From contig JAUCBJ010009144.1 of NCBI GenBank assembly GCA_032718475.1, positions 62,001 through 126,000 on the forward strand: a stretch of 64,000 nucleotides of DNA, given 5' to 3'. Positions 1 through 9,764 of the stretch are shown here, one piece after another. The DNA comes from Nemertoderma westbladi. Its lineage: Eukaryota > Animalia > Xenacoelomorpha. Made by a program: the position numbers and the translations under genes. Position 1 is the first letter of the stretch. The number at the start of each line of letters is the position of its first letter. Below the pieces are notes generated by a model that did no database searches, was not told the origin of the DNA, and saw only the letters and a list, made by a program, of their open reading frames with translations.

Positions 1-762
1 TGTAAAGTCACGTTTGCCTTTAACGTATTGTACAAAACGTACAATCCACGCTAATTTTCGGCAAGCGCTTGTCCAAGAATCTGTTAAGTTTACAATACGG
101 TCGACGTAAGTATTTGTGACGTCATCAGGTAAGTCAATGGAGAACTTGGAAGGTTTTGATTTACTAGAAGGGCCCACGGGTCCGCCGGTAAGTATTCCCT
201 TGTTGACTGTTGATCCGTCCGGGTCTACAAGTAATTTGTCCTTCTTCGTCTTCTTACCTTGATTGTCGGTACTTTGTAAGTCGATCGTTAATGGTGGTTT
301 GAACTCTATGGGATCAGTGGGTTTCGGTAAACTTATTTTTCTGCCGATATTAATCCCAGGTTTCACCATAGGTTGCAAGTTCGGTATGTCTCTTGAGCGC
401 AAAGTAACACCTGTATTTACATTAGCGTAGGTACTACCCACATCTGTAATACATGAGGTTTCACCGTGCTTATGGTTGCTCAAGTGTGTCAAAATTGGTA
501 GTTTGTCAATACAAGGCCGCTCCAATAGGGAAACTGCGGCTTTATTGTTAGTCGATACATTACTAATGTCCGGTAGAACATTTTGTGATGTTTCTGACAA
601 AATGTCTAGTCGACTGTCTAGTAATGTGTCTGGCGATACGTCTAGTAACGTATCTGGTTGTTTGTCAATAGAAGGCCGCTCCAATAGGGAAACTGCGGCT
701 TTACTGTTTGTCAGTATGTCACTAGTGTCTGCTAGAACATTTTGTGATATGTCTGGCAAAAC
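1..762 (-). pseudogene. Frameshifted continuation of the BEL/Pao polyprotein (linker and pre-integrase region); not in the supplied ORF track
   Basis: Manual translation from 762 to 1 has no stop in 254 codons: VLPDISQNVLADTS...YVDRIVNLTDSWTSACRKLAWIVRFVQYVKGKRDFT. The SW-x5-LAWIVRF segment matches the S-W-x-x-L-x-R-x-x-A-W-x-x-R-F motif that precedes integrase in BEL/Pao elements. Confidence 0.85.
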
Positions 763-870
763 GTAACGTGTCTGGTTGACCGTCTAGTAACGTGTCTGGT
801 TGACCGTCTGGTAACGCGTCTGGTTGACCGTCTGGTAACGTGTCTGGTTGACCGTCTGGTGATATGTCTG
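501..870. repeat. Coding tandem repeats in the pol linker: 159-bp (53-aa) duplication plus 24-bp (LPDGQPDT) minisatellite x4
   Basis: gtttgtcaata(c/g)aaggccgctccaatagggaaactgcggcttta occurs at 501 and 660. gtaacg(t/c)gtctggttgaccgtct(a/g) repeats from ~763 to 860. Confidence 0.9.
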
Positions 871-3800
871 GTGTAGAAAGGCTCGCAAGTCTTCCTCTCT
901 TGACCTTTGAAGTTATATCTTTCCATTTCGCCTTCGGTTTTTTCTTGAGTTTTGCCGCCGTCGTCTTTTTCTTTGTCTTCCCCTTTTTTGGTTTCTTGAT
1001 TTCGGCGTCCTTAGGGATAGTGTTGGATTTGTTGTCGTATAACGGAGGCCAATCTTGTGTCGATTTCTGCAAGAATTGGGGTCCGTGTTGCCAGAATTCT
1101 TTGTTCTCCGGTTTACAGAATTCCTCAGGCATCATTCCTCGCGACGCAATATCAGCTGGGTTTTGTGGTCCGGGACAATGTCGCCAATCCTCTTTTATTG
1201 AACGGTCTAGAATTTCTGCGCGACGGTTAGCTACGAATGTCTTGAATTCAAGTGTGTCGTTGTTTATGTAAAATAAAACCAACGTCGCGTCAGTCCAATA
1301 AAATATCTGTAAACTCGACTGTAGTTCTGTCTGTATGAGGTTCACGATGGTGGTTGACAGGGTTGCGGCTTGTAGCTCAGCTCGTGGTGTCGTCATATAC
1401 TTAGTAGGCATGGTCTTAGCCTTAGAAGTAATGAGCGAAACATCGAACTCGTCTGAGTCTACTTGTCTGCGCAAGTACGCTGCCACACCAAAACCGTTGT
1501 CACTGGCGTCAGAAAAACAGTGTAATTCCAAGTTGTCAGGAAATGTACTTTGTAATGGAAAGTAAACCCTGGGTATGAAATAATCCTCTAGCGAAGATAA
1601 TTCCGCCTCCCAGGTCTTCCATAAGTCCACTTGGTCTGATGAGATCGGCTCGTCCCATGTTAGTCCATCCTTCCAAATACTGCGCATATAAATGCGAGCT
1701 TGCAGTATTACTGGACTGATGAATCCTAACGGATCGAACAATCGGCTCAATTTTGACAAGCATGATCTCTTTGTCAGTGTGTTCTCTTGACTGTCCAGTC
1801 TCACCTTCACTCGGAAGTTGTCCGTGTTTGGGTCCCAAAAGAGCCCCAACACCTTAGTCGTCGGTAGTGGTTCGAACTCTAGGTCTATGTCACCACCTCC
1901 ACGCTCAGTCGTCCCGAATGAGTCTACTAATTCGGCACTGTTTGAGGCGAATTTGGTGAGGTTAAAACCTCCGCCCGCTAAGCAGTCCCGTAATTGATGT
2001 GCTACTGTTGTAGCACGTTCTACTGTGTCGCAACTCTGTAAACCGTCGTCTACGTAAAATTCACGTTCTACGATTTTAATTATCTCTGGGTCATATAGAT
2101 GTTTCTGATATCTAGCGGCTTGTTTTAGGGCGTACATCGTGCAATTTGGGCTGTCTCTGGCACCGAAAACGCGAACTTGCATTTGGTAAGTCGCCGGTGG
2201 TAGACTTAAGTCTCCTTCCGGATACCAGAGGAACCGCAAACTGTCTCTGTCTCGCTCTAACGCTCTCACTTGGTGAAACATTGCTTCAACGTCGCAAGTA
2301 AAAGCTACTTGACGCTGACGGAAGCGCATAATCACCCCCATAAGATAATTATTCATGTTTGGTCCATCCATCAACTCACTATTGAGGGACATTCCCTCAA
2401 ACAGAGCCGCACAGTCATTGACTACGCGTACTTTATCTGGTTTGTCGGGGTGTCTCACATAGTGATGTGGCAAGTAATATGTTTGGTCAGTCACTATCTC
2501 CGGGTTAGTCATTCGGATAGCGTATCCCTTAGTCAAATACGTCTCCATCTGAGTGTTGTACTGCAGATGGGCTTTCTCGTCCTTTAATAGACGTTGCCGT
2601 ATTGAGTGTAGACGTCTTAAAGCTAGTGGGTAGTTGTTTATAAGTTTAGGACTTTGGCTACGCCATAACATCCCCACCTCATAATGTCCGTCTTTCGTCT
2701 GGCGGATAGTATCTTCCATGATCTTCAGAGATTGTTTCTCCTGTTCCGACATACAAGGTTCGTAGCTACCAGGTTCAGCTGTATCTTGTTCTAACCACCT
2801 GATAGTCTTCTCCGTTAATTCTTTGTCCAGTGCGGCTTGTTCCATTTGATGATTTCTCAACGCGTCATCATCGATATCGACGGGCACTGTTGAGGTTATT
2901 GGGGTAGGTAGACTCGCAAGCCTATCATCTGTCGTCGATGGAATCTCTAGCTGACTCGTCTTCTCCCCAAGTTCTAAACTCACCTGGTGGGTTAGCTGCT
3001 CCTTGTGACTTATCATACTAGTTACACGTCTGTCATGTTTTGTCGACTGTAGTGTAGTATGGTTCACGTCGTGTGAAAAGGAATGAATTGAATTTGTAGT
3101 TAATAAACTACATGTACTCTGTACATCGTCTTCCTCGTCACTTACGTCTAGTGTGCGCACAGGCGCTCGAGTATACCACCCTATCGGTGTTCTGCAGGCG
3201 TATGCGTTTCCCGCTACGACTGCCGATGGTCGGGTTTCCCACACCTGATGTAGGTTGAATTGGTCTGTCCCGATCAGCATGGCTACCGATCTATAATTGA
3301 CAGGACATTCGGGTACACCAAGGTGTCTGAAATACTTACGGTCCTCTAGAGATTGTTCCGGCACTGGACCTAGTAGGTTACTAAAGTCCTTCGTGGCCGC
3401 AAAGGTTAGATCTTTAAAGGGCAACAAAGACCTCTCCCTCTCGCTGTGTTGCGATTTCGGAAGAAGAGAGTCTAAGTCCAACTTAACTCGTGTCACTGGT
3501 ATTGCACGCTGTCCGTGCATACTACTTACGGTATAACTGACGTGCTTACCTTGTTTAAGATCCGTCACTACGTCAGCTATCTTTTCATCCACGTAGCTAT
3601 GAGATGAGGCTGAATCTAGAATCGCGTAGATTCTTTTACTCCCCTTTGTGCCGGTAATCTTAATCGGAATTACACTGAATCCCTTCAGTTGGTCAGTAGT
3701 CAGAAGCGCGATCGACGGTTGTTCGTCTCCATTGGAATATTCGTCGTCGTCTTCTAACTCTTCGTCCGACGATCCGGATTGTTCTGAGAAGCAATCCTCA

Positions 3801-6800
3801 ATATGGGTCACGAAGGTTGGAGTCGTTTTCGATTCTCGTTTTCGGTAGGCCGCATCACATCTCGCTGCTGCTTCCGGGTGTTCCCTGGCGAAGCGTTTTG
3901 TCGGTGTGTGGCTGTCTGTATGGAGCAGACCGTCATGGTTGCGTCCACAGGATGGACAAGTGTCCGTATTTGGGCAATCCTTACGGACGTGTCCGTGTCG
4001 CGTACACCGCCAACAAGAGTCCAGTGGCCGTATTTGCAGCCGTCGTTCTTCCGAGTTCAACTCGCGAAATTGTCGACAACCTCGTAACTTGTGACCGATA
4101 TACCGCTTGCCTAGATGCTCGCAGTATTGGCAGCCGCTGAAGTCGGTACCGAGTTGTTGTCTCGTCTGTTTTGTCCCAATGGGCGCAGATACCCTACTTC
4201 CGTCTGAGAATTGTCGTGATTCCGTCGGTGTGGCGTAAGTGGCCGTCTTAGTGGATGTTGTCTGGGGTTTTTGTCGGTTGGAGGATGGCAATGTGATTCC
4301 TTCTGCCACGATGTGCTGGTCAGTGTAGTTAGATCTAGTTTCTACTACTGCCTCCCTGGATATTAAAAGGTACACATCTTCTAATTTTAAGAATCCTCCC
4401 CGCTCCTCTCGCTGGTATTCGACCTTCCTCCACTCCCGACGAAGTCGATGGTGGAGTCGTCCTATGATCTTTAATAGGACTGTAGGGGTATTCCCGTAAT
4501 CAAGTTGTCCAATTGATCTTAAGGTAGTGATAGCGTTCTTGATCTCGTCAGCTAGTTTTAGTAAGTCGACGGGTTTAGTGATAGCCCCTCCCTTACAGAG
4601 TTCCTCTATTACTGACCTGGCCATGCTCACTGTACCTCCGTATATCGAAGTTAAACGATCGTACGCTAGTTCGAAAGCGTCCGGTACACCGACGAAAGTC
4701 TCCGCCAAACGTTTAGGTTCTCCTGACAACGTTTGGAGCAAGTAATTGAACTTCTCCCGTGATGTAAAAGCGCACACGGCGATCTGGGATTCGATATAGT
4801 CTACGAAAGTATGCCAGTGTTTTGAGCTACCGGAAAACTTCGGTGGTTGTTGTACCGGCAATCCTTGTCTGGCTGCGAATTTCGCTATCTCCTCGGCAAC
4901 GTTCAGAGTTTCGCGTCCTTGGTTGGTAACCAGGTTGATATTCTCCCTTCTTGGCGCTTTTCCCTGATACGATGTATGTTTTGAAGGTACCGGTCTTTGT
5001 GGTTCCTTCGGGTGTCTATTGTGTTCGAATTCGGAATTTCTCGAACTGTCGGTGTAACCTTCCTCCAGACGTTCCTCGATCCGGGCCAACTTGTTGACAA
5101 TGTCGGCGAACTGTTGTGCACCGATCGCGTATGTTGGTTGTAACGCCTTTTGTGTTGGTGTATTCTGTGGAGGATTGTCGATAAATGAATTATCCGAACG
5201 CTCACGTTTACATTTGTCGGCCGCTCCTGTTCTAAATACCTCGCGTTCCGGGTAATCCGACTCGCTCGAAGTACTACTGTCACCTGGATACGGTGGTCGA
5301 CGTGCTCGAGTCCGTTGCGCCGTTCGAATCCTAACATTCCGTTTCGGAACATCGTCTACTGGTTTCCGTTGTTCGGTAGGCTCACAAGTCTTCCTCGAAG
5401 TCGTAGATTGCGATGTAAACTGATTGAACGGTCGCGTATCCACTGTTCTCCGTTGTTCGGTAGGCTCACAAGTCTTCCTCGAAGTCGTAGATTGCGATGT
5501 AAACTGATTAAACGGTCGCGTATCCACTGGTCTCCGTTGTTCGGTAGGCTCACAAGTCTTCCTCGAAGTCGTAGATTGCGATGTAAACTGAACCGGTGGT
5601 CGAGTGACAGCGTTTGAATCTAAAGGCCTTGTAGGCCTAAACGTCATTGGGTAAGCGTAGTGTGTAACGGGTTTAGGTGTCGACGGTGGACTCACCTGTT
5701 TAGTCATCAGTAGTGCAGGTCCAGTCAACAAACTACTACGATCTGTAATCGGTGGGTTACTTACCTTGACTTTCGGAATAGGCGACGACGTTGCTCTTGG
5801 CGGTGTAAACTCGTCCGGAATAACAAACCTGTGTTCCGTCGCACCATGGATAGGAGAAATGTTACTACTACCCGCAATCGAAACAGGTTCCTTAGTCGTA
5901 ACCGGTGCAAACATATGAGTTACCTGTGGGAATCGTTGACACAAGTCCTTTACTAATTGTCGTTCCCGTCCGGGTGCTCCTACGCTTCCTTCCTTCTTCC
6001 GTTCCTGAATTTGGCGATGTCTTACCTCTATCTGGTCCAAGTCATGTCCGTCTCGAGATCTCATTGATCGATCGCGGGCTTGTAGATCCAGATCTTCCTT
6101 GGCGTTGGCTAATTCTCTCGCCTTCTTCTCGAGTTCAAAACGAAGTTTAACTTCTTTCTCGCGTTGTTCCGTTTGTTGTTGTTGCGCCTCGAACTCCGCT
6201 TGTCGTATCGCTGATTGAGCCTTTATTTGCCGTTTTTTCATTTCGGTTCTCGCTTCTGAAGCTAACCTTTGTCGCTCTAACTCGGACGCTGCAGCTGCCG
6301 CTGCCGCTGCCGCTTGTCGCTCTAACTCGGCCGCTGCCGCTTGTCGCTCTAACTCGGCCGCTGCCGTTCGTTGCGCTAACTCGGACGCTGCCGCTTGTTG
6401 TGCAATGTCCAACTCTAACCTTTCCATTTCGGCTACTTCCAACTCAGCTTGTTCTTGCAGGTGAGAGATTCTCGCAACATTCGCAACGCGTAGTTTCTCT
6501 TCTTCTGCTGCTACTTGTGCCATTAGTAATTGAGTTTGTTCCTCCCACTCCTGTTGTTGTCTGTAGATCTGCTGTTGTCGAGCAGTTTCTGACGTAGCCA
6601 TACTCACCTCGCCAATTTCGCTGCGAATACTCACCAGTGATTGATCCAGTATTCCCGGTGCCGATTCGATTCGTACGGGTGAAGTTTCCCTCGTATATTC
6701 CGGCACGGTTTCCCAATCTCCGACATCCTCGCCGCACATACGTAAGTGGTCCGTCAGATGTTTCAATTGTCCATCCAGTCGGTACAGTTCCTGTTCTTCC

Positions 6801-7399
6801 TCGGGCTGTAATAATTTGTCCGAAACTGACTCACCTAACAACTGGTCTGCTTGTTCCTGTTGTATCTGTCTAATCGTCGACTTAAACTGAATCAGTTTCT
6901 CTCTAGCGATCATTAGTTTCTCGAGGATTCTAAGTTGAGTATCCATGTCCTGTCTCTGTCTAGCTAGATCTTGTAGACCAATTAGGTTATCTACGGACTT
7001 ATATACTTTACTCTGTACTCTCACCTGGAGGGTGTAGAACTCGAATCGAGACATCGGCGCGGTCAACCCGTCTAATATGCGTTGGCCTTCTCCAATACTC
7101 CTGGTAATATGCGCCATGTATCCTCCGACGCTTCTAACCACACTTTCTGTGCTTCCTGCTGAACTTACCATTTCCGTTTCCCTGTATCTAGGTTGCGGAA
7201 CAGTTAGAAAGTCCTCGGTCCTGCCGTCGCCTCGTACTACGGCATCCGGTACTCCCGTTGGATGTACTGGTGACGCACACGGTGTAGGTTCGGTAGGCTC
7301 GCGAGTCTTCCCCTGTTGTTCTTCCGCTGCTGACTTATCTCCGTCACATGAGTCATAGTCGGTTTGTGTATTTTTCGTATAGTCTTGTTTGTCACTCAT
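722..7399 (-). CDS. BEL/Pao Gag-Pol polyprotein (DUF1759-like Gag, triple Cys/His knuckle, aspartic protease, reverse transcriptase, Pao RNase H), truncated by a frameshift before integrase
   Basis: Gag core PPKFSGSSKHWHTF...EKFNYLLQTLSGEPK...LTSIYG (~4845-4635). Knuckles CQYC-x9-H-x4-C, CWRC-x4-H-x4-C and CPSC-x3-HDGLLH (~4135-3920). Protease AILDSASSHSYV (~3615). RT YLPHH...KVRVVND...SLN...DVEAMFHQV...FGARDSP...FYVDD (~2050). RNase H LHCFSDAS...PRAELQAA...WTDA...NPADIASRG...WQHGPQFL. Confidence 0.95.
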   Translation of the reverse strand: MSDKQDYTKNTQTDYDSCDGDKSAAEEQQGKTREPTEPTPCASPVHPTGVPDAVVRGDGRTEDFLTVPQPRYRETEMVSSAGSTESVVRSVGGYMAHITRSIGEGQRILDGLTAPMSRFEFYTLQVRVQSKVYKSVDNLIGLQDLARQRQDMDTQLRILEKLMIAREKLIQFKSTIRQIQQEQADQLLGESVSDKLLQPEEEQELYRLDGQLKHLTDHLRMCGEDVGDWETVPEYTRETSPVRIESAPGILDQSLVSIRSEIGEVSMATSETARQQQIYRQQQEWEEQTQLLMAQVAAEEEKLRVANVARISHLQEQAELEVAEMERLELDIAQQAAASELAQRTAAAELERQAAAAELERQAAAAAAAAASELERQRLASEARTEMKKRQIKAQSAIRQAEFEAQQQQTEQREKEVKLRFELEKKARELANAKEDLDLQARDRSMRSRDGHDLDQIEVRHRQIQERKKEGSVGAPGRERQLVKDLCQRFPQVTHMFAPVTTKEPVSIAGSSNISPIHGATEHRFVIPDEFTPPRATSSPIPKVKVSNPPITDRSSLLTGPALLMTKQVSPPSTPKPVTHYAYPMTFRPTRPLDSNAVTRPPVQFTSQSTTSRKTCEPTEQRRPVDTRPFNQFTSQSTTSRKTCEPTEQRRTVDTRPFNQFTSQSTTSRKTCEPTEQRKPVDDVPKRNVRIRTAQRTRARRPPYPGDSSTSSESDYPEREVFRTGAADKCKRERSDNSFIDNPPQNTPTQKALQPTYAIGAQQFADIVNKLARIEERLEEGYTDSSRNSEFEHNRHPKEPQRPVPSKHTSYQGKAPRRENINLVTNQGRETLNVAEEIAKFAARQGLPVQQPPKFSGSSKHWHTFVDYIESQIAVCAFTSREKFNYLLQTLSGEPKRLAETFVGVPDAFELAYDRLTSIYGGTVSMARSVIEELCKGGAITKPVDLLKLADEIKNAITTLRSIGQLDYGNTPTVLLKIIGRLHHRLRREWRKVEYQREERGGFLKLEDVYLLISREAVVETRSNYTDQHIVAEGITLPSSNRQKPQTTSTKTATYATPTESRQFSDGSRVSAPIGTKQTRQQLGTDFSGCQYCEHLGKRYIGHKLRGCRQFRELNSEERRLQIRPLDSCWRCTRHGHVRKDCPNTDTCPSCGRNHDGLLHTDSHTPTKRFAREHPEAAARCDAAYRKRESKTTPTFVTHIEDCFSEQSGSSDEELEDDDEYSNGDEQPSIALLTTDQLKGFSVIPIKITGTKGSKRIYAILDSASSHSYVDEKIADVVTDLKQGKHVSYTVSSMHGQRAIPVTRVKLDLDSLLPKSQHSERERSLLPFKDLTFAATKDFSNLLGPVPEQSLEDRKYFRHLGVPECPVNYRSVAMLIGTDQFNLHQVWETRPSAVVAGNAYACRTPIGWYTRAPVRTLDVSDEEDDVQSTCSLLTTNSIHSFSHDVNHTTLQSTKHDRRVTSMISHKEQLTHQVSLELGEKTSQLEIPSTTDDRLASLPTPITSTVPVDIDDDALRNHQMEQAALDKELTEKTIRWLEQDTAEPGSYEPCMSEQEKQSLKIMEDTIRQTKDGHYEVGMLWRSQSPKLINNYPLALRRLHSIRQRLLKDEKAHLQYNTQMETYLTKGYAIRMTNPEIVTDQTYYLPHHYVRHPDKPDKVRVVNDCAALFEGMSLNSELMDGPNMNNYLMGVIMRFRQRQVAFTCDVEAMFHQVRALERDRDSLRFLWYPEGDLSLPPATYQMQVRVFGARDSPNCTMYALKQAARYQKHLYDPEIIKIVEREFYVDDGLQSCDTVERATTVAHQLRDCLAGGGFNLTKFASNSAELVDSFGTTERGGGDIDLEFEPLPTTKVLGLFWDPNTDNFRVKVRLDSQENTLTKRSCLSKLSRLFDPLGFISPVILQARIYMRSIWKDGLTWDEPISSDQVDLWKTWEAELSSLEDYFIPRVYFPLQSTFPDNLELHCFSDASDNGFGVAAYLRRQVDSDEFDVSLITSKAKTMPTKYMTTPRAELQAATLSTTIVNLIQTELQSSLQIFYWTDATLVLFYINNDTLEFKTFVANRRAEILDRSIKEDWRHCPGPQNPADIASRGMMPEEFCKPENKEFWQHGPQFLQKSTQDWPPLYDNKSNTIPKDAEIKKPKKGKTKKKTTAAKLKKKPKAKWKDITSKVKRGRLASLSTPDISPDGQPDTLPDGQPDALPDGQPDTLLDGQPDTLRFARHITKCSSRH
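5356..5592. repeat. 84-bp (28-aa) in-frame tandem repeat, ~2.8 copies, in Gag
   Basis: ccgttgttcggtaggctcacaagtcttcctcgaagtcgtagattgcgatgtaaactga at 5366, 5450 and 5534; translates as QFTSQSTTSRKTCEPTEQRRPVDTRPFN. Confidence 0.95.
6268..6400. repeat. 27-bp (AAAELERQA) coiled-coil repeat in the Gag N-terminal extension
   Basis: Repeated ttgtcgctctaactcgg(c/a)cgctgccgc units. Confidence 0.85.
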
Positions 7400-7483
7400 T
7401 TCGGTAGTTGTAAGTCAAGTAAAGTGAGTGTCAAAGTATCGAGTTTACCGTATTTATATCTAAACGGTACTAATTACAGTCAT

Positions 7484-7608
7484 ATAAAATTAGCCTACCG
7501 GCCGATTTTATAGCAGATGGATAAAATTAGCCTAAAACGGCCAATTTTACAACAAATAAATGTCACGGAATAAGTATATAATAAAATTAGCCTAGCGGCC
7601 AATTTTAT
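7484..7608. repeat. Three ~28-bp imperfect palindromes (ATAAAATTAGCC-N3-6-GGCC(A/G)ATTTTA) just upstream of the gag ATG
   Basis: Copies at 7484-7511, 7521-7549 and 7581-7608. Confidence 0.8.
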
Positions 7609-7958
7609 AACAAATAAATCGGATAACGATATGCGTTATCAAAAGGTAAATTAAATACAATAATACGGACTAATTCAGCAATGAACAAAGAAATCATACG
7701 GAATGCAAAAATACTTGAGACAGTGGAACCCACAATAATTTTAACTAATACGGTAATGCCTAACTTATTTATGCAACATTTCGAACTCACCCACTCCAAT
7801 AATTCTCCAGAAAAACAGATTCCCAGATACAAACCTTTCCGTTTTTAACGTTGCGGACGAAGCGCGATTTTCCCAACCAAAGTTGTTGAGTTATCTATCT
7901 CCCAAACTTGCTAAACACGGTCTTGCTCCCGTTACAGTCTAGAAATGAGTTCTGAATC

Positions 7959-7980
7959 CTGAAAAACAAAAGAGTTAGGT
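7959..7980 (-). promoter_or_regulatory. Candidate 3' splice acceptor in the retrotransposon leader
   Basis: Minus strand reads acCTAACtcttttgtttttCAG|G: branch point, pyrimidine tract and CAG. Confidence 0.4.
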
Positions 7981-9514
7981 TTTACTTTTACGAAAAATTT
8001 TGTACCGGTACAATATGGTATTTAAACCCTTTTAAACACCGGTATTCAATTCCAAAAATATTTTACGCGCGGTTCAAATCAAAATTTTATTTCAAAAAAT
8101 TAGCGCTTAGCTAATCAAATACGAATTTTTACCTCAAAATACAAAATTTTCAAATAACTTTAGTCCTACCGAACCGTAGTTCAGTAAAACATATTCCTAC
8201 TAAATTGAAGAGATACGCCTATTCCTACTATTGGAAGAGACGGTAACAATACCTGCAATATCTTACTGTAAAGTTTGTAAATCAAATCATAAATCCGACC
8301 TTCTCACCAAAACAGTAAACTCTAAGTAAGCGAATATATTGCAGTATTGATCTCTTATAACCGGTGAGGCAGAAAACAGTCTACGAGCAGACAAACTTCG
8401 ATAAAACAAAATCCCGCGCAGCGAATCCTAAAATCAGGCTGACTCACTGACGGACTAAGAGGCTCGTATACTTTGCCGCAGTGTGATTTATATGGTGGGG
8501 CAAAGAGACGCTAGCTAGGTACAGAGGCAGATATTTTGGAGATGTCTAACTAGCGAGCAAAGTGCAGTAAGGACGAAAGTTAATTTTATATATTTTGAGG
8601 TGTAAATAATTTCTAACGCGCGTGTGTTAATTCTGAACGGTCAAAGCAGTTTTGCTCCTTCACATATATAATTACTGGGTACGGTGTGCATTTTACGAAT
8701 ATTCTAATTTTGTAACTTGTAGGTCCAATACTCACGAATGATAAGGTTCCTTCCCCTCTTGCGTATTTCCAGGACTCAAATTCAGGCATAAGGTTAATAC
8801 TACGCCCAGAATTCGGCAATTTTAGGTACCAGGTCCCTGATACTAAGAAGAGATGTGTTAGTTTACTACTGTAGGCGTACGGGTACTAATAGCTATCCTG
8901 GCTCCTATCTAGAATTTTAGTCACCCAGGTAGTCCAGGTAACTTCCTATTATGGCGTTGGCGGGAACACGGTAGATGTTAGTATCCCTAATAGCCTCAAT
9001 TTATTTGCGCCTAGTGTAAACTGCCCTACCGCCTGAACGGTACAATCCTAATTCAGGTGAAAACACAGCAACCCCCCTAGCCTACAATTTCTAATGCAAT
9101 GGACACTGTCGTACTGCAAATAGTCGCACACGCACCTGTACTTAGCAAGAGTTAAGCGTACAGTTTGCTGCACCCTAACCAATGTGTATGCCTTGTACCG
9201 GTGTGCCTACGTCCTATCTGCGTACTAGTATCTGCCTGCGCTCTCTCCCTCTCCCCCGTAGGAATATGAAGGTCTACTGCGGTTTTTCCTGAATTAAAAC
9301 GGTACAGTCCCTAAGATGTAATTTTAGGCTTACAGCGTGTCACTACGTCTACCTTTTGATCTTTTGGTCTTACACTTAGGTAGCAAGGATCGAACGCTGT
9401 CTAACCTTTCAGGCGATGGGCGAATAACTCTAGATGGTATTGCGGGTTGTCTCTCGTCTACATTCCCGTGATGTTCCCGTTCATTGCTGCGGCCCGATCT
9501 CTAGCCTGCCATCC

Positions 9515-9715
9515 TGTCCCTTAGTTGGGTTCACCGTGGTGAATCATAGTAAAACAGATAGGAAACGCAGATTAGCGATAATTCTGACTTTATTACAGAA
9601 GATATAATTATAATACAATGTAATAGGGTTTTAAAGATAGCTATTGGTCCAGCTAATATATAACTTGCACGACATTGGTTACAATCAAATAACTACAGTC
9701 TCATTGGTACAGACA
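9515..9715 (-). promoter_or_regulatory. Tentative 5' LTR of the BEL/Pao element
   Basis: On the minus strand: several TGT start candidates (9715, 9711, 9697, 9683), three CCAAT boxes (~9705, 9676, 9645), AT-rich TATA-like runs, AATAAA at ~9594-9589, and an end at ...GGGACA (9515) followed 3 nt later by TGG (PBS-like, 9511). There is no second LTR in the window to confirm this. Confidence 0.4.
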
Positions 9716-9764
9716 AATGCAATTAATTTGTAGCGGTTAATTTAAATGAGTTGAAATTCTGCAC

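Larger units (their letters stand above)
1..9715 (-). mobile_element. BEL/Pao-family LTR retrotransposon, 3' part (integrase, 3' LTR) running off the left edge of the window
   Basis: Single gag-pol ORF with BEL-diagnostic motifs in the order Gag-PR-RT-RH. The right boundary is tentative because only one LTR candidate is in the window and it cannot be paired. Confidence 0.9.

Noticed and set aside
755-770. Programmed ribosomal frameshift before integrase
   Set aside because: There is no canonical slippery heptamer, and comparison with the paralogous repeat copy explains the shift as a small deletion.
476-7358. Numerous short ORFs overlapping the gag-pol ORF on either strand
   Set aside because: These are shadow ORFs of a long, moderately GC-rich coding sequence and its repeats, with no independent motifs.
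8292-8309. Alternative primer-binding site (minus strand TGGTGAGAAGGTCGGAT)
   Set aside because: It is not adjacent to an LTR-terminal CA, and the implied tRNA 3' end is out of register by one base.
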